From Callorhinchus milii (lineage: Eukaryota), in NCBI RefSeq assembly GCF_018977255.1, contig NW_024704742.1:88724001-88788000 (forward strand): 64,000 nucleotides of DNA, given 5' to 3'. The position numbers and the translations under genes were made by a program. The notes below the pieces were generated by a model. The model did not search any database. It saw only the letters and a program-made list of their open reading frames with translations, and had not been told where the DNA came from. The stretch's first letter is position 1. Every line of letters starts with the position of its first letter. Of the stretch, positions 37,946 to 50,530 are shown piece after piece.

Positions 37946-38345
37946 TCGTCCTTAACTGCTGAATAGAATCTGCCCTTCGTGTTGCTTGTTCCTGTTCCGT
38001 TCAAATCACCAACTGCAATGCACAAAGAGCTAAAATCAGATTAATCAAAGTCTGAATGATAATGTCATCCACATGCATAGAAATTTCTTAAATGCAGTTT
38101 TAGTTTGAAAGCTGGGTTTCTGCAGCATGGAAGCAGCTTCCATGTTTTCCCACAATCCTATGCATTCTCACTTCAGTCCTCCTGATGTGAAAAGTGCTAT
38201 ACACATGTAATTTGTATTGTATGCAGTCTTAAATTTTAACACAAAATGGTGTTCCCGGCTAAGACTAGGTGGAATTTTGGGCCCCAAGAGAGGCCAAGAA
38301 AGGCAAACTCAGTCCCAAGAAGTCTTGATCAGTAGAGCATGGACT

Positions 38346-38620
38346 TTGCCCAAGGTTTCCAGGCACAGGGCGAAACCTTGGGCAAGTTTCCTTACTCCAC
38401 ACGCCTAATAATAATCCCTCCAAAACCCAAACAATAATAAATTGGTCATTTTCAATCCACAACTGTTTGTGGGACATTGCTGTGCGCAATTGGCTGCCGC
38501 GTTCGCCCACAAATATACAGTCAATTCACTTTACAGTATATTCTGTGAAGCACTTTGGGACATCCTCCCGACGTGAAAAGCGCTATATCAAATGCAAGGA
38601 TTATTATTATTATTATTATT
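38346..38620 (+). mobile_element. Young SINE, 5'-truncated, with a short 5' inversion
   Basis: Body and tail intact; the head is replaced by an inverted copy of gaaaccttgggcaa. Confidence 0.9.
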
Positions 38621-38719
38621 TGAAGCCACATCTCTGTATCGAGAGTTCAGGGCTCCAATGTTGCAGCTTATGAACCAGCCCTGAAATGCACAGAGATGTT
38701 CAGTTCAACTGTACTGTTC

Positions 38720-39012
38720 AAGTTCGGTAAATCCAGATTAAAACTTTACAAGGTAGCAAGATAGTAAAACAAGAGGACATGCATTTAGAGCTGTAAAGAG
38801 TAATTTCAGGACAGACATCAAGATGTTTATCTTTATTCAGCGGATGATTAACGACTGGAACAGGTTGCCAGGAAAGGTAGTTAGGTTGGGACACTGGACT
38901 CATTTAAAAATAAACTTGATGCTGTGTTGGGGGGAATGGGAGCATAAGTGTTCTAGAGAGTTAAGATCGGATTGACCAGAAGGGCCTTCTTCTGATCAAT
39001 CTTGTGATCTTC
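38720..39012 (+). mobile_element. CR1 3' fragment
   Basis: aaaacaagaggacat...tggaacaggttgcc...aagggccttcttc. Confidence 0.7.
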
Positions 39013-39154
39013 TAAGATGTAGGACTGAATGTTAATCAAGTGGAACATTTTAATATGGTAATAATTAACTTATTATACACTCACTGAATGTTATCAATAA
39101 CTCCCAAAGACATCCTTACTTTATCCCATGGGTTACATATTTGTATCTCAGCCT

Positions 39155-39580
39155 GGTTTAGAAGGTTCCACTCTCACTTTCAAGCCCCATGGCAGTGACT
39201 TGTCAAGGCAGATACTCCAGTGCAGTAATGGGGGTTTGCTACATGGGATATTAAATGAGATATTACATTAAGGTTCCGTCTGCCTGTTTAGGTGGACATT
39301 ACTTATTAGATCCCATGGCCCTATTTGAAAAGAGCAGGGGGTTTCCCCCAGTGTCCTGACAACAATCCCCCAGATAAAATTGATTATTCATATCGTGGCT
39401 GTTTATGGGACATTGCTGTGTGCAAATTGGTGCTGTTTGCATACACAAAGCACACACCTTATGGTATATCCTTAAATGTTGAATAGGATCTGCACTTCAT
39501 GTTGCCTGTTCCTGTTCTGTTCAAATCACCAGACGTCCTCCTGACATGACAGGTCCTATATCAAATGTAATGCTTATTTT
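39155..39580 (+). mobile_element. Old Deu-domain SINE carrying a 63-bp foreign insert
   Basis: Core ccgtctgcctgtttaggtggac...gatcccatggc...gtgtcctgac; tail resumes at 39532. Confidence 0.7.
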
Positions 39581-40651
39581 TAATGTTATGATTGTATGGA
39601 ACAACCATTTCTGAGAACACAAAGCATTTTGGCTAAAAACACCAATATCACCATTTCATTTGAATTCAGAGATTGAAACAGGAGGAGGATGCCACTTAGG
39701 GGTCAAAAGAGACCCAATTGAAAAACTTCTGCATTCTCTCTCCTTAAGCACAAAGATTAATGTAACATTAGAAAGTAATATATATGCCCATAGATAACTG
39801 TTTAAATTACTGCACCTACTTCCTTATGACTAATTGTTTGCCAGAGATTTGTGCACATTTCATTTAAAGATTGGTGAGGGATTGCGGATCTTCCTTCTTT
39901 GCCAGTGAGAATGAGAGGCATAATAACACTAGATATGTGTGTTGAGATTAAACAGAAAGAGAAAAATCAATCATCTGTCATTGAATCTTATGAAAACTTC
40001 AGTTTAACAGATGTTTTTTTAATTGTACAATACTCCTTCAAAATGCAATGTCCTCCTCCTGTTAGATTTCTATCTTAATGCTTCCTTAGCTTGAGAAGGC
40101 TGAAGAAAAAAAGGTTGCTCAGATTGATTACTCGGTCCACAAGATTTATATTCTTCATTTATTAACTTCTGAAATTCTAATCAAGGATACCTCCTAAAAC
40201 AAATTGATGACTGCAGCGCCTTAAGAACACCGAAGCAAATGCATATTGTAAAAGCTTTGTTAAACAGGAAGAATTAGGTGATCAGTCCAGGTCAGTGCTG
40301 CTGCTCAAAATCAGAAAGCAACTCACTCATTGTTTCCTTTCGATTGGTTCGTTCCTTTGCTGTGAGAAGCAATTCTAGAAATTAAGCCAAGTGGGAAATT
40401 ATCCGCACAATTGCAACAGTCGAATATCTGAATCTTGGTGTTGTTCCAGGGATTTGGAGTCCGAATTAGGCTTCAGAACGTCTTTTTCACGAGAAAAGCA
40501 TTTCACTGATGTGATCCTAGGCTGTCATTTATGTTATTTGCCAACAGCATTCAATGTGTTAATTGAGAATCCTGTTTGCCATTGGCAAAAGCCATCCAAT
40601 TTGCGATATTGATCTAATAATTGGTTCCACAAAGTATTGTAATTATTTCAT

Positions 40652-40970
40652 ACAACAATAATAATAACCCTTGCATTTGATACAGCGCTTTTCACATCTT
40701 CTAGATGTCTCAAAGCGCTTCACAGAATATACTGTAAAGTGAATTGACTGTATGTTTGTGGGGAAACGCAGCAGCCAATTGCACACAGCAGTGTCCCACA
40801 AACATTTGTGGATTGAAAATGACCAATTTATTATTGTTTTGTTTTGGAGGGATTATTATTAGGCGTGTGGAGTAAGGAAACTTGTCCAAGGTTTCGCCCT
40901 CTGCCTGGAATTGAACCCAGGTGTCTCGCTTGCAAGGCGAGTGCTCTAACCACTGAGCTACAGGACTCCA
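40652..40970 (-). mobile_element. Young tRNA-Ala-headed SINE, full length
   Basis: Head ...gtgctctaaccactgagctacaggactcca at right, tail at left. Confidence 0.92.
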
Positions 40971-41619
40971 ATGTTCAGAGGATAAGTTACCTGATAGTCA
41001 CTGATGTTTAAACAAAGAAGAGAAAGGCCACATGGCCTACAATATTATTTGTTTTTCAAAAGTTTGGATTTTGGTTAAAGGAAATGAAATAATTGGTTAT
41101 ACTTAGCACATATTATTTGTGTTTTTTTGAATACAAGAAGGATAAATACTGTTTGCAAACAACCTCTTCCATCCCTTCCTCTCAATGGGTAGTGATGCGA
41201 TTAATCTTGCCCTCAACTGCTAATGTCCTAGTTGGTGAATTCTTGTCGGACAACTGTACCTGGAGAGTGGCTGACATCAAAACAAAGTCCAGATTATGAA
41301 TATTGTGAATGAAACCTCTGTGAGATATGTAGGAAAATAATAATTTACTCCTAAAATGTAGTTGTTAATCTATCCTTACATTTTTGTGTTGCATCTTTCA
41401 CACTGGGGAGATATCTCAAAATATAAAATTCGCTCACAAAACAGTCACCCTATAATAAATCCTGCAAAGCATTTTGAAATATCCTCCTGAAAGGCGCTGT
41501 ACAAAATGGAAGGATTGTTATGATGATGATCTTTCTCAGGTTCAAATAGATAAACCTTTGTTGGGCTACTACTTCTCCTCTTTTAGTTGGTTCTTGTTAA
41601 GAACTGGTGAAAAATGGCT

Positions 41620-41708
41620 ACATATGTGAAACTCTCAGTCTGGATTGGAGGCTCTAAAACATGGTGATCGGCTTCCATGTGTGTCAGACACCCACCTGAC
41701 CAAAAAAA
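41620..41708 (+). mobile_element. Unidentified A-tailed dispersed repeat, short 3' copy
   Basis: aactctcagtctgg...catggtgatcggcttccatgtgtgtcagacacccacctgaccaaaaaaa. Confidence 0.65.
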
Positions 41709-42559
41709 CAGATTCATCATATGGGAAAACTCCATAACATAAATATTTTATTGCAATTAATAGGAAGTCCTTCTGACCCACTCTCTCTCACCTCACTGAA
41801 GGTCTGTCCCAGATCTACCTCTTTGACTGTGCTTTTGGTCTTACATTTCCTACTTCCAGCTCAGGTGCCACGCCAGGATTTTTAAGTGTGTTGAATGTGA
41901 AAGGTGCTGTATAAATGTAAATTAGTATTGCATTGTAATAATATATTCAATTATTGCTGAATTTGTTTTCATATCCGCCTCCATAAAACACCAGTGAATA
42001 CTCTTCCCAAAGCAAACAGCAGCTTGTTTGATGTACCTTGCCTGAGGGCAGTGTAGTGTGTATCCAGGAGGGCCTCAAGTCATCCCTTATGGTTGGTTTC
42101 AACCTATTGCCAAGATTTTCCAAACCAGCAGTGATGGCTCCTTGGAGACTGGTATCCATTGAAAGAGAGCAGCTGTATGAGTATCCATTTGGGAAGTCCC
42201 CAAACCTCTCAGTGCCTCTGTATCAGCATGTTCCAATGAAGCTAACCTCAATTGTAGAAAATTATTTATACGACAGTCTCTTGCCTATTGTTTTGTGCAT
42301 CGCTGTCACTGCAGCCTATCCTCCTCTTGCATTAACATTCGTAACATGACGTCTTTCCCATGAATCACCACATCTCCTCTGTGGAATTAAGCCTACGACT
42401 TATGCAACCTCACATTACACGCTGGTTTGGACTCTCCTCCAAAACAGGCCTCCCATTTAGGTTCAGGCGACAATTAGGGGCTGGAGTCTTTGTGCTGGTG
42501 ATTAGAGTTGCTGTTCGAAAATTCCACCTTGTCTCAGTTTGTAAGAATGTTTCGCCTTA

Positions 42560-42845
42560 ACATGTAAGATCATTCAGAATTATGGAGAAGGTTGTTTTCT
42601 TAAAAAACAATTCTGAAAAAGAAACTATTGTTGGGACGTGGAACACCCTGCCATGTAAAATGGTGGAGACAGAGTCCATGTGGGTTTCAGTAGCGAGGTA
42701 GATGGGTATGTGAAAGTTAGAAGGTTGTATTGGTAGTGGGATAGGGCAGGGCAGCGGGATTGAAAGTACAGTTTGCTCTGAGAGCTGGTGCAGATTCAAT
42801 GGGCTGAATGGCCTCCTTCTGCGCTATAAGTTTCTATGATTCTAA
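42560..42845 (+). mobile_element. CR1 3' fragment
   Basis: gtggaacaccctgcc...gggctgaatggcctccttctgcgct...ttctatgattcta end. Confidence 0.75.
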
Positions 42846-43289
42846 ACTGGCTTCCAAATAGACCCTGAGCAGAGTCTCTAGCTGGACTGAGCCCAAATGC
42901 TTTTGATAGGTTTGTTCTACATCCCCAAGCGTCCTTCCAACTCCACATCAAGTCCTTGACCAGGATCGCTTTCCTCTATTACTGTCACATTGCACCCCTC
43001 CAACTGTACGTCACACCCAATGCAGCTGAAACCACACACTCATCTACAAATCTGTTCACACAGTGGCATCCCCCTACCTATTCTGACTGCTTTCTGCCCA
43101 CTCCACTACCCACTGCATCCACTTGGCTGGCTCCAGCCTCTTGCTTGACCCTTGTCCCCTCCGCTCCATCATTGTCAGCAGCGTTATAACCTTTGGTTAG
43201 TTTTAGGCTCTTGTAGAATGTTAAGACTAGACTAAACAAGACAAAATAAGGCAATTTGCTGCAGAACAGTGCTATTTTCCCCTATTCCA

Positions 43290-43525
43290 CGATATTCCTT
43301 TCAAAAAGTGAAGAGAGTTTCTCTCTCCTGGTGTCCCAGCCAACAATCAACCCCCAAAAATGTGTACCTCGCTCCATGAATGTTTGTGGGACACTTCTGT
43401 ACACCATTGTGCCACTGCATTTGCCTACAAAAACACAGTCAATCCACTTTACAGAACATCCTGTGAAGCGCTTTGAGATGTTCTTCCAACATGATAAGGT
43501 ACTATAACCAAATGCAAGGATTTTA
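43290..43525 (+). mobile_element. Old Deu-domain SINE 3' half
   Basis: cctggtgtcccagcc...tttgtgggacac...tgtgaagcgctttgag...aaatgcaaggatt. Confidence 0.7.
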
Positions 43526-44195
43526 TCCCCTTTGCCCTTGCTGTAAGTAACTCTGAGATAGAAAGGGATACAACCACATTAGTTTCAGGATGGCTGTGTA
43601 TGGTACAGTATCTGGTTTCAACTCTTAAGGTCCTACAAGAGCCCCAAACTAACCAAGGGCTGTGAAATTCATCCCCTTCATACATTTCATATAATGTCTT
43701 TGTTCTCACAGCACTGGTAGTATTTCACCAACATCTGCCGGCTTTACCTGACACTGCACCGGATGAAAGTGTTTGAACAAACTGACTTCACAGAGGAGCA
43801 GCTGATGATGATGGTTGTAATTAAATGCAGTGGATGAACAACACCATGAAATAAAAATCACAGATGAGTTGTGGTGCCTGGCCTGATGTCAGAGTGTTGA
43901 AATTTTATACCCTCAACAAGGTGAGTGGGATCCACCTGGGAATGGAAAAGCTTCCCACTTTTTAAACTGTTAGATTAAACAAAGACTCCTTGATTAGACT
44001 GTAGAGATGAGACGTGATGAGAGCCCAAGATCAGACATTCCTATCATCTGCTGCAGAATCTTTCTATTTCTCATGCCAGCAAGTGCTCTGGTGCCTTCAA
44101 GCGAGACCATTCAATTGGAACAAGTTACTTCCATTGCCCCTACCCAGATTTGTAAGAATATCTGGCTTGCTGCATAATTTACATCCCATCTTATA

Positions 44196-45000
44196 AATAA
44201 ATAACCCTTGCATTTGATATCATATCTTATCATGTTGCCGAGATGGCACAAAGTGCTTCCCATAATTTTACTATGAAGTGTAGTGACTTTGCATTTTGCA
44301 TTGAACTATAGCCAATCTACGCACAGCCATGAAATTAATGATTAATTTTATTTGGGGGATTGTTCACCAGGATACCGGGAGAAACCCCCTTCTCTTTTTG
44401 AGAACATAGAACATAAGAATTAGGAGTAGGCCATTCCGCCCCTCGAGCCTGTCCCACCGTTCAATAAGATCATGACTGATCTATTCTAACTCCACCTACC
44501 CGCCTTATCCCCATATCTCTTAATCCCTTTATGCACAAGAAATCTATCAAACTCAGTCTTGAATATGTTCAAGGACTGAGCATCTACAGCCCTTTAAGTT
44601 AGAGATTTCCATAAATTCACTACCCTCTGAGTGAAGAAGTTTTTCCTCAACTCAGTGCAAAAGGGCTTACCCCTAATTTTCAGACTGTGACCCCTGGTTA
44701 TAGTTTCTCCAACCAGGGAAAAAAGTATCCCACTATCTATTCTGTCGTGCCCCTTAATAATCTTATAAGTTTTTATAAGATAGGTTTCTATCTTTCAGTG
44801 GTGCCAATGGTTTCTTTAAACTGCACATCAACAAATAGTGGTTGGTTTAGCATCTATTCAAAGGATGGCAACTCTGACAATGCAGCACTTTCCCAGCACT
44901 GCACTGAAGTGTCAGTCTAGACTATGAACTCAAGGTCCTGATGTGGGACTTGAACCCACAACCAAAACTCAGTGCTACCAACTGAGCCAGGCTGACACCA
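44196..45000 (-). mobile_element. Old Deu-domain SINE split by a CR1 insertion
   Basis: Tail and body 44196-44400; core and head about 44795-45000. Confidence 0.72.
44401..44790 (-). mobile_element. CR1 LINE 3' end
   Basis: agaacataagaattaggagtaggccattccgcccctcgagcc is the reverse complement of the CR1 end; collinear with 20080-20474. Confidence 0.9.
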
Positions 45001-45046
45001 GCCTCCTTTAGTTTTTAAATCTTTTAACACCATTCCCTTGCAAAAT

Positions 45047-45465
45047 GTGCGCCAGCCTGGCTCAGTTGGTTTGCGCTGTTGTCTCTTAGTCAGAAAGTTA
45101 TGGGTTCATGCCCCATGTCATCAGTTTGATCTCACAAGTCTAGGCAATGCTGAGGGGCCTGTCCTTTAGATGAGATGATTAAACTGACATCCAACCTGTC
45201 TGTTTGTGTGGAAGTTAAAGATCCCATAGCATTGCTTGAAAAAGGAAGGGAGGTTCTCGTTTCTCGCATTGTTCTGGCCCACAACCTCTGGATAAAATTG
45301 ATCATTCATTTCATGGCTGTTTGTGGAACACTGCTGTGACCAAAAGTGACTGCCAAGTTCAGCTAGAAAAATAAGTCACTACATTTAACAGTAAACCCTG
45401 TGGAGCACTTTGAAGCATTTCAACGACATGATAAGGCACTATTTGAAATGCAAGAATTATTATTG
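45047..45465 (+). mobile_element. Old Deu-domain SINE, near full length
   Basis: cagcctggctcagttgg A box, gggttcatgcccc B-box-like site, core and aattattatt tail. Confidence 0.78.
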
Positions 45466-46534
45466 TTTGTTCATGTGAATCATTGTCCTGTTTTTTTGTA
45501 ATAAATAAATTTAAATCCTGTAAATTCTGATGAAACAACCAGTTTCTTTCATTCAGATGCAATGGATAACTACACTTAGGTGACAATGACACTCGGAGAG
45601 TAACTGTGCTGAAATTGTGCTCTGAATAAAAAGCCCAGTTTCTTTTATTCAGCTTTACCAAATTTGTTTCTTGGACTTTATCCTTGGGACATCCTCCCAA
45701 TGTGAAACGTGCTTTACAAACCTAATTTGTTGTTGCTTTTGTTGTTTTTACAGTCAGTAACATTCTAGGAGAGATTTTTGAAGCAGCCACCGATACAAAT
45801 GCACGTTTTGGTGACAATCTCTGGTTCACCTTTATGAAATCCACAGTGCACATGGTGCAATAAGTTACTCTAGCACTCGTCGACAAGCACTAGCAAACAA
45901 AAATGTGCAATTTGAAAGCTGCTGTGCATCAGTGCACGGATTAAATAGCCTAACATGAATTTCCTGGTGTTTACTGCAGTGAAGAAAAATACAGCCCACG
46001 CTTTGAGCTGGCAATTTAGCAATGTTGAGCATTCAGCACATGAAGTGACCCAAGGCAATGGTGGGTGTTAACACTGGCAGAGAATGCACCACAGGAATTA
46101 TCCTGATCTTCACTGAATGCAATGTTATAAGGGATCACTGCAATTTATAAATATTTTGCCTTGTTTCTTTTCTTTTTTCAGATAATGGTGGTGTGTGGGT
46201 GGGTGGGTGGATGAGTGGGTGGGGGGTATATTTACATTTTCAGGGTTTGTAACACTGCAAATGATGTGATATGCACCACACAGCCTGATTGGGTTAATTG
46301 TATTTCGGGGATGGCAAGAATGTGGATTATCTACTTTTTTAAGCTGCTGATTGCTGAAAAATAGTTCCTAAATTTAAAAAAAAGTCAACAGCTGACCCTG
46401 TGGCTAGAATTTCACATTGAAATTTCGGAATGTCTTTTTATTAATCAATACCGAGCTGAAAACAAACTGGAAGGAAAACACATTTCCTGGAACATGGAGG
46501 GCTGTTCTGCTCTCAGAGGTCATTTGGTGTTTAA

Positions 46535-46830
46535 TAATAATAACAACAATAATAATAATTTTTTACAGTATATTCTGTGAAGCACTTTGAGACATCTCAA
46601 CAACATGATAACACGTTATATCAAATGCAAGGATTATTAGTAACACTAGGAGGACATTTCAAAGCGCTTCACAGAGTTTACTGTAAAGTGGAATGACTGT
46701 ATTTGAAGGTGAAACTCAGCAGACACACTTAGCACACAGCAATGTCCCACAAACAGCCATGAAATGAATGACAAATTTTATCTATGGGGCTTGTTGGGCA
46801 GAACACAGAGAGTAAACTGCCTTCTTAGAA
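46535..46830. mobile_element. Two SINE 3' fragments tail to tail
   Basis: Plus fragment ends at about 46640; minus fragment begins ggaggacatttcaaagcgcttcacag. Confidence 0.65.
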
Positions 46831-47859
46831 TGAACGCAAATTCTAAACATCACCGGTAATACTAATCACATTGAACCATTATAACACCAACACGTTTACC
46901 TCTTAATTCTCTTTTGCTGCCGCAGTTTTCATTCAAGCTAAGAGAGTGCAGCAGTTCGCATCGCAGACCTCTATAGAAAACATCTGTATTGTTTAACAGT
47001 GTGCAGCAGAAGAGGCTCAAATCCACTGGACCACCTAGAAACCTGGCAAACTCTAGTGAAATGAGAGAAGCTCAGTTCCAATGCCAGTCAAGCCTTAGAA
47101 ACAGACATGAAGGACTCTAATGTGGAGTCTTGTGCTTACCCATTTGAGCTGCCAAAGACACAACATCCCGAATTCAGGCTGAAATAGGCATCAACAGCAC
47201 TTCATTTCTCATTCGATTGGAATCACAAGATTGGTAATACCCAATATCCGATCTCACCGTCCAGAACACCCAGCCGACCATTGCCCCCATCACAGCATCA
47301 CGCTGTTTGTGTACTGACCTCAACCACCATTCTTGGCAACATGTTCCAGTTGTTAATTACCCTCTGGGTACAACAATACTTCCTGATGTCTGTCCTGAAA
47401 TTTCCCTTTGGAACTCTAAACTCATATTGTTGCATTCTAAAGTATGAAAATATATTTTTTAAAAGTAGGTTGGATAATTACTCCTGTTAATTATTCCGAC
47501 TAATAATTAATGATAAATACTCCTGTTCCAGAGCATTCAGTGTAATGTAGATTTGCGGTCTTTATTTTTAAATTGTCATGCACATTCTACTGTTAATTCA
47601 AAGAAAGCAGAGTTGAAAGGTATTAGAAATGGTGTGGTTAGCTCAAACCACAAAATAGAGCTTGCAGCAATTGCTTGCCTGCACATAATAGCTCTGCTAA
47701 TTATACTGTGTTAAATTATTATCACGAATGAGGTGGGCAATACTTGCACAGCATTCACTGAGTTTCCTTAATGCATTTTTGGAGTAGTAATGTTTACAGT
47801 GCAATCTTTGTACATAATAAAGACACACTATCCTCTTTTGGGTGAGGAAAGTGGGGTCT

Positions 47860-48410
47860 ACTTGGAGCTGAGCTGTATCTGAGATGACTTGCCAACAGAA
47901 TGTCTTGCTAGTCTGACTCCTGAGCCAGGCAGGTCCATAGTACTGTCAGGCACTGCTGCTAACAGAGCAGTTAGCCTGGCAGACTTGTTACTAGGGCAGG
48001 GATTATTCCAACCCATCTCCCTGCAAGCCAAGGCATTAAGGGGTAAGGTTGTTATAGCTGGACAAGCAGTGGGAAACTTGCTGGACACCTACGCACGTTT
48101 AGCTGAATGGACTCCAGCAATATCCACTCCAGGATCTCCAAGCCTTGGCTCTCGTCAACCTGTTCCTAATACTTTCCAGGATTAGGTAAACAGGGTGCAT
48201 CCCTTTATGGAGAGAGAATGCATTCCATGCTAAACACAGCAAATTTGTCTGGAATGGAACGTGTCGTTGGCATACTGATGTGGAACTCTCAGTCTGCACT
48301 ATAAAAAAAATATCCTTGCATCTGATATAATTCCTTTTCATGTTGTTGTGATATACTTAAGCATGGTGGGGGGTCCACATGTGTCAGATACCTTGCTGAT
48401 CAAAAACAAA
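47860..48410 (+). mobile_element. Unidentified A-tailed dispersed repeat, longest copy
   Basis: 5' part matches the reverse complement of 56738-56820; 3' part matches 20687-20975 and 54005-54366; a SINE-tail fragment is inserted at about 48300-48355. Confidence 0.7.
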
Positions 48411-49725
48411 TCGATTCGGTAGAGAGGGAAGGGGGATTAAATAGAGAGAAAAACCTTCCTGAACTTCAATTGAAAGTTTCTTTTATTGAAAAGTTCTTCC
48501 AATCCAAGGATGAATGCTCTAAAGGACTTAACCACTCTTATGATGGATTTGTGGACTATTGTATATGCAGATCACAGACAAAAGTAATTTTGTTCAGCTC
48601 TAATTCCATCAGGATCATTTACCTTTGAAGGATGGAAAGGAATGAATCAGAGATCTGAATCGTCTTCTACTTCATCCAAGATTTATGGTAGGCACTTTCA
48701 AGGACAGCTAAACCTGCTGTGGAATTTAAAGCTGGCGATGCCCTTTCTTTCCTTCACTTACCGCATGGTAAATAACATCAAGGAGATTTGTAATAAGAAG
48801 GAAGTTAATGTTACAGAAAGATGAGGATTAACAATACAATAACCTGTGAGCATCCGTTTGTTAGCTGAGTGTGCTTTCCATGCTGTGTATGCATTTGTGT
48901 GTGGAGAATTGTTACGTTGTCTTTCTGTTATAGGCCACTGAGAAGAGCAGGGCTGACAACCAAGACATAAAATATTGTTTTACACTTCGTGCTACTGTTC
49001 TGAAGAGCAATAAGATTCCTGGACAAACAACCTGCTTTGCTGTAAATGCCACCATTAATCTTTTGTTTTTGTTTGTTTCCATAATGGAAAACAGACAGCT
49101 GCATTTATCACGCAGCACCTCGCACTGATAAATTGAGGCAGAAAATAAATTATATCGAATTTCCCCCAAAATGTGCTGCAGGTACCATTGGCTGTTTTGC
49201 TTTGGTGATGTGGCTGTGCCAGTTCCCTCCAGAAATGTGGCAGTGGAATTTACAGTACTATGTAGAAGGCCGTCCCTGTGTACCTAGCCATATGGCTCGG
49301 GTTAAATTGCTGTCAGTGCAACTACATTTGTGAAACATCTGTGCTCTGTGGGATGTAGAAAACAGGGTCGTATCTTTATTCCAGAAGAGAAATAGGTCTC
49401 AATACATTTGGAGTTTGCATCACAGCATATGAATGGATCAGTTTATAAAAGTGCTTGCGTCTGACACTGGGAGTTTATCCGATAACTAAATGCTTATGTC
49501 CCATTTTTTAAAAAAAAGGCGACTTGACAATCGTTTGGGTTAAATAACTCAGGGGTGAGAAACTCCACCCGGACCCAAATTTAGACTTTTTCTTCCTACA
49601 ACAACAACTTGCATTTATATAGTATCCTTCACATGAGACAGCATCTCAGAGCACTTAATAGTGGCGTAGTTTGGCACCAAGCAGGGGAGAAGGGGAGCTG
49701 ATAGTCAAAGAGCTGATAGTCAAAT

Positions 49726-50045
49726 GTGGAGTCCTGTAACTCAGTGGTTAGAGCACTCGCTTTGCAAGCGAGAGACCTGAGTTCAATTCCAGGCAGGGCG
49801 AAACCTTGGGCAAGTTTCCTTACTCCACACGCCTAATAATAATCCCTCCAAAACAAAAAACAATAGTAAATTGGTCATTTTCAATCTACGACTGTTTGTG
49901 GGACATTATTGTGCGCAATTGGCTGCCGCGTTCGCCCACAAATATACAGTCAATTCACTTTACAGTGTTTCTGTGAAGCGCTTTGGGACGTCCTCCCGAC
50001 GTGAAAAGCGCTGAATCAAATGCAAGGATTATTATTATTATTATT
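49726..50045 (+). mobile_element. Young tRNA-Ala-headed SINE, full length, inside an L2 3' fragment (minus, from about 49597)
   Basis: Complete head, body and (ATT)n tail. Confidence 0.92.
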
Positions 50046-50124
50046 AAAGAGGAAAGTCCTCAGGTGCAATTTGAAGATGGGCAATGAAGATGAAAGGTAA
50101 AAGGATTGAGTCAGAGTTCCACAG

Positions 50125-50530
50125 TCAAGATTCAGCTGCAGAAGGTTGGCACTTGATGTGTGACAAGCAAGAGGACAGAGCATCGGTGGACCTGGTATTA
50201 CAGCTGGAGGAGGAGAAGTAGATTTGTGTCTCATGCACATACATGTGGAAGTTGACCCCATGTCTGCAGATGACATCGCCCAGAGGGAGCAAATAAATGA
50301 GAAAAAGGAGAGGACCAAAGATAGAGCCTTGTATGCCAAACAACAACAAGATTACATTTGTATAGTGCCTTTCACGTTGGGAGGACGTCCCAAGGCCCTG
50401 GACAGAGTACAGCATTTCAGACCCGAACTGGGGTTGGGGGGGGGAGGGGAGGGGAAGGGGGGTGGCCGATGGCATGGTCGAAGAGGAGGGTCTTGAGGCG
50501 GGACTTGAAGGAGGCTAAGGAGGTGATCAT
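50125..50530 (-). mobile_element. Decayed L2 RT fragment (about 50125-50335) next to a separate L2 3' end (about 50340-50530)
   Basis: QGSIFGPLLFLIYLLPLGDVICRHGVNFHMY; FKSRLKTLLFD; L2 tail. Confidence 0.85.

Noticed and set aside
37622..38025. RERE/HTHT-rich ORFs
   Set aside because: Derived from dinucleotide repeats
41947..42560. Cluster of 66-103 aa ORFs, considered as an RTE-like remnant
   Set aside because: No convincing motif in any frame; left unassigned
49726..49800. tRNA-Ala gene
   Set aside because: Continues into the SINE body and tail, has many diverged copies and appears to lack G3:U70; annotated as a SINE head
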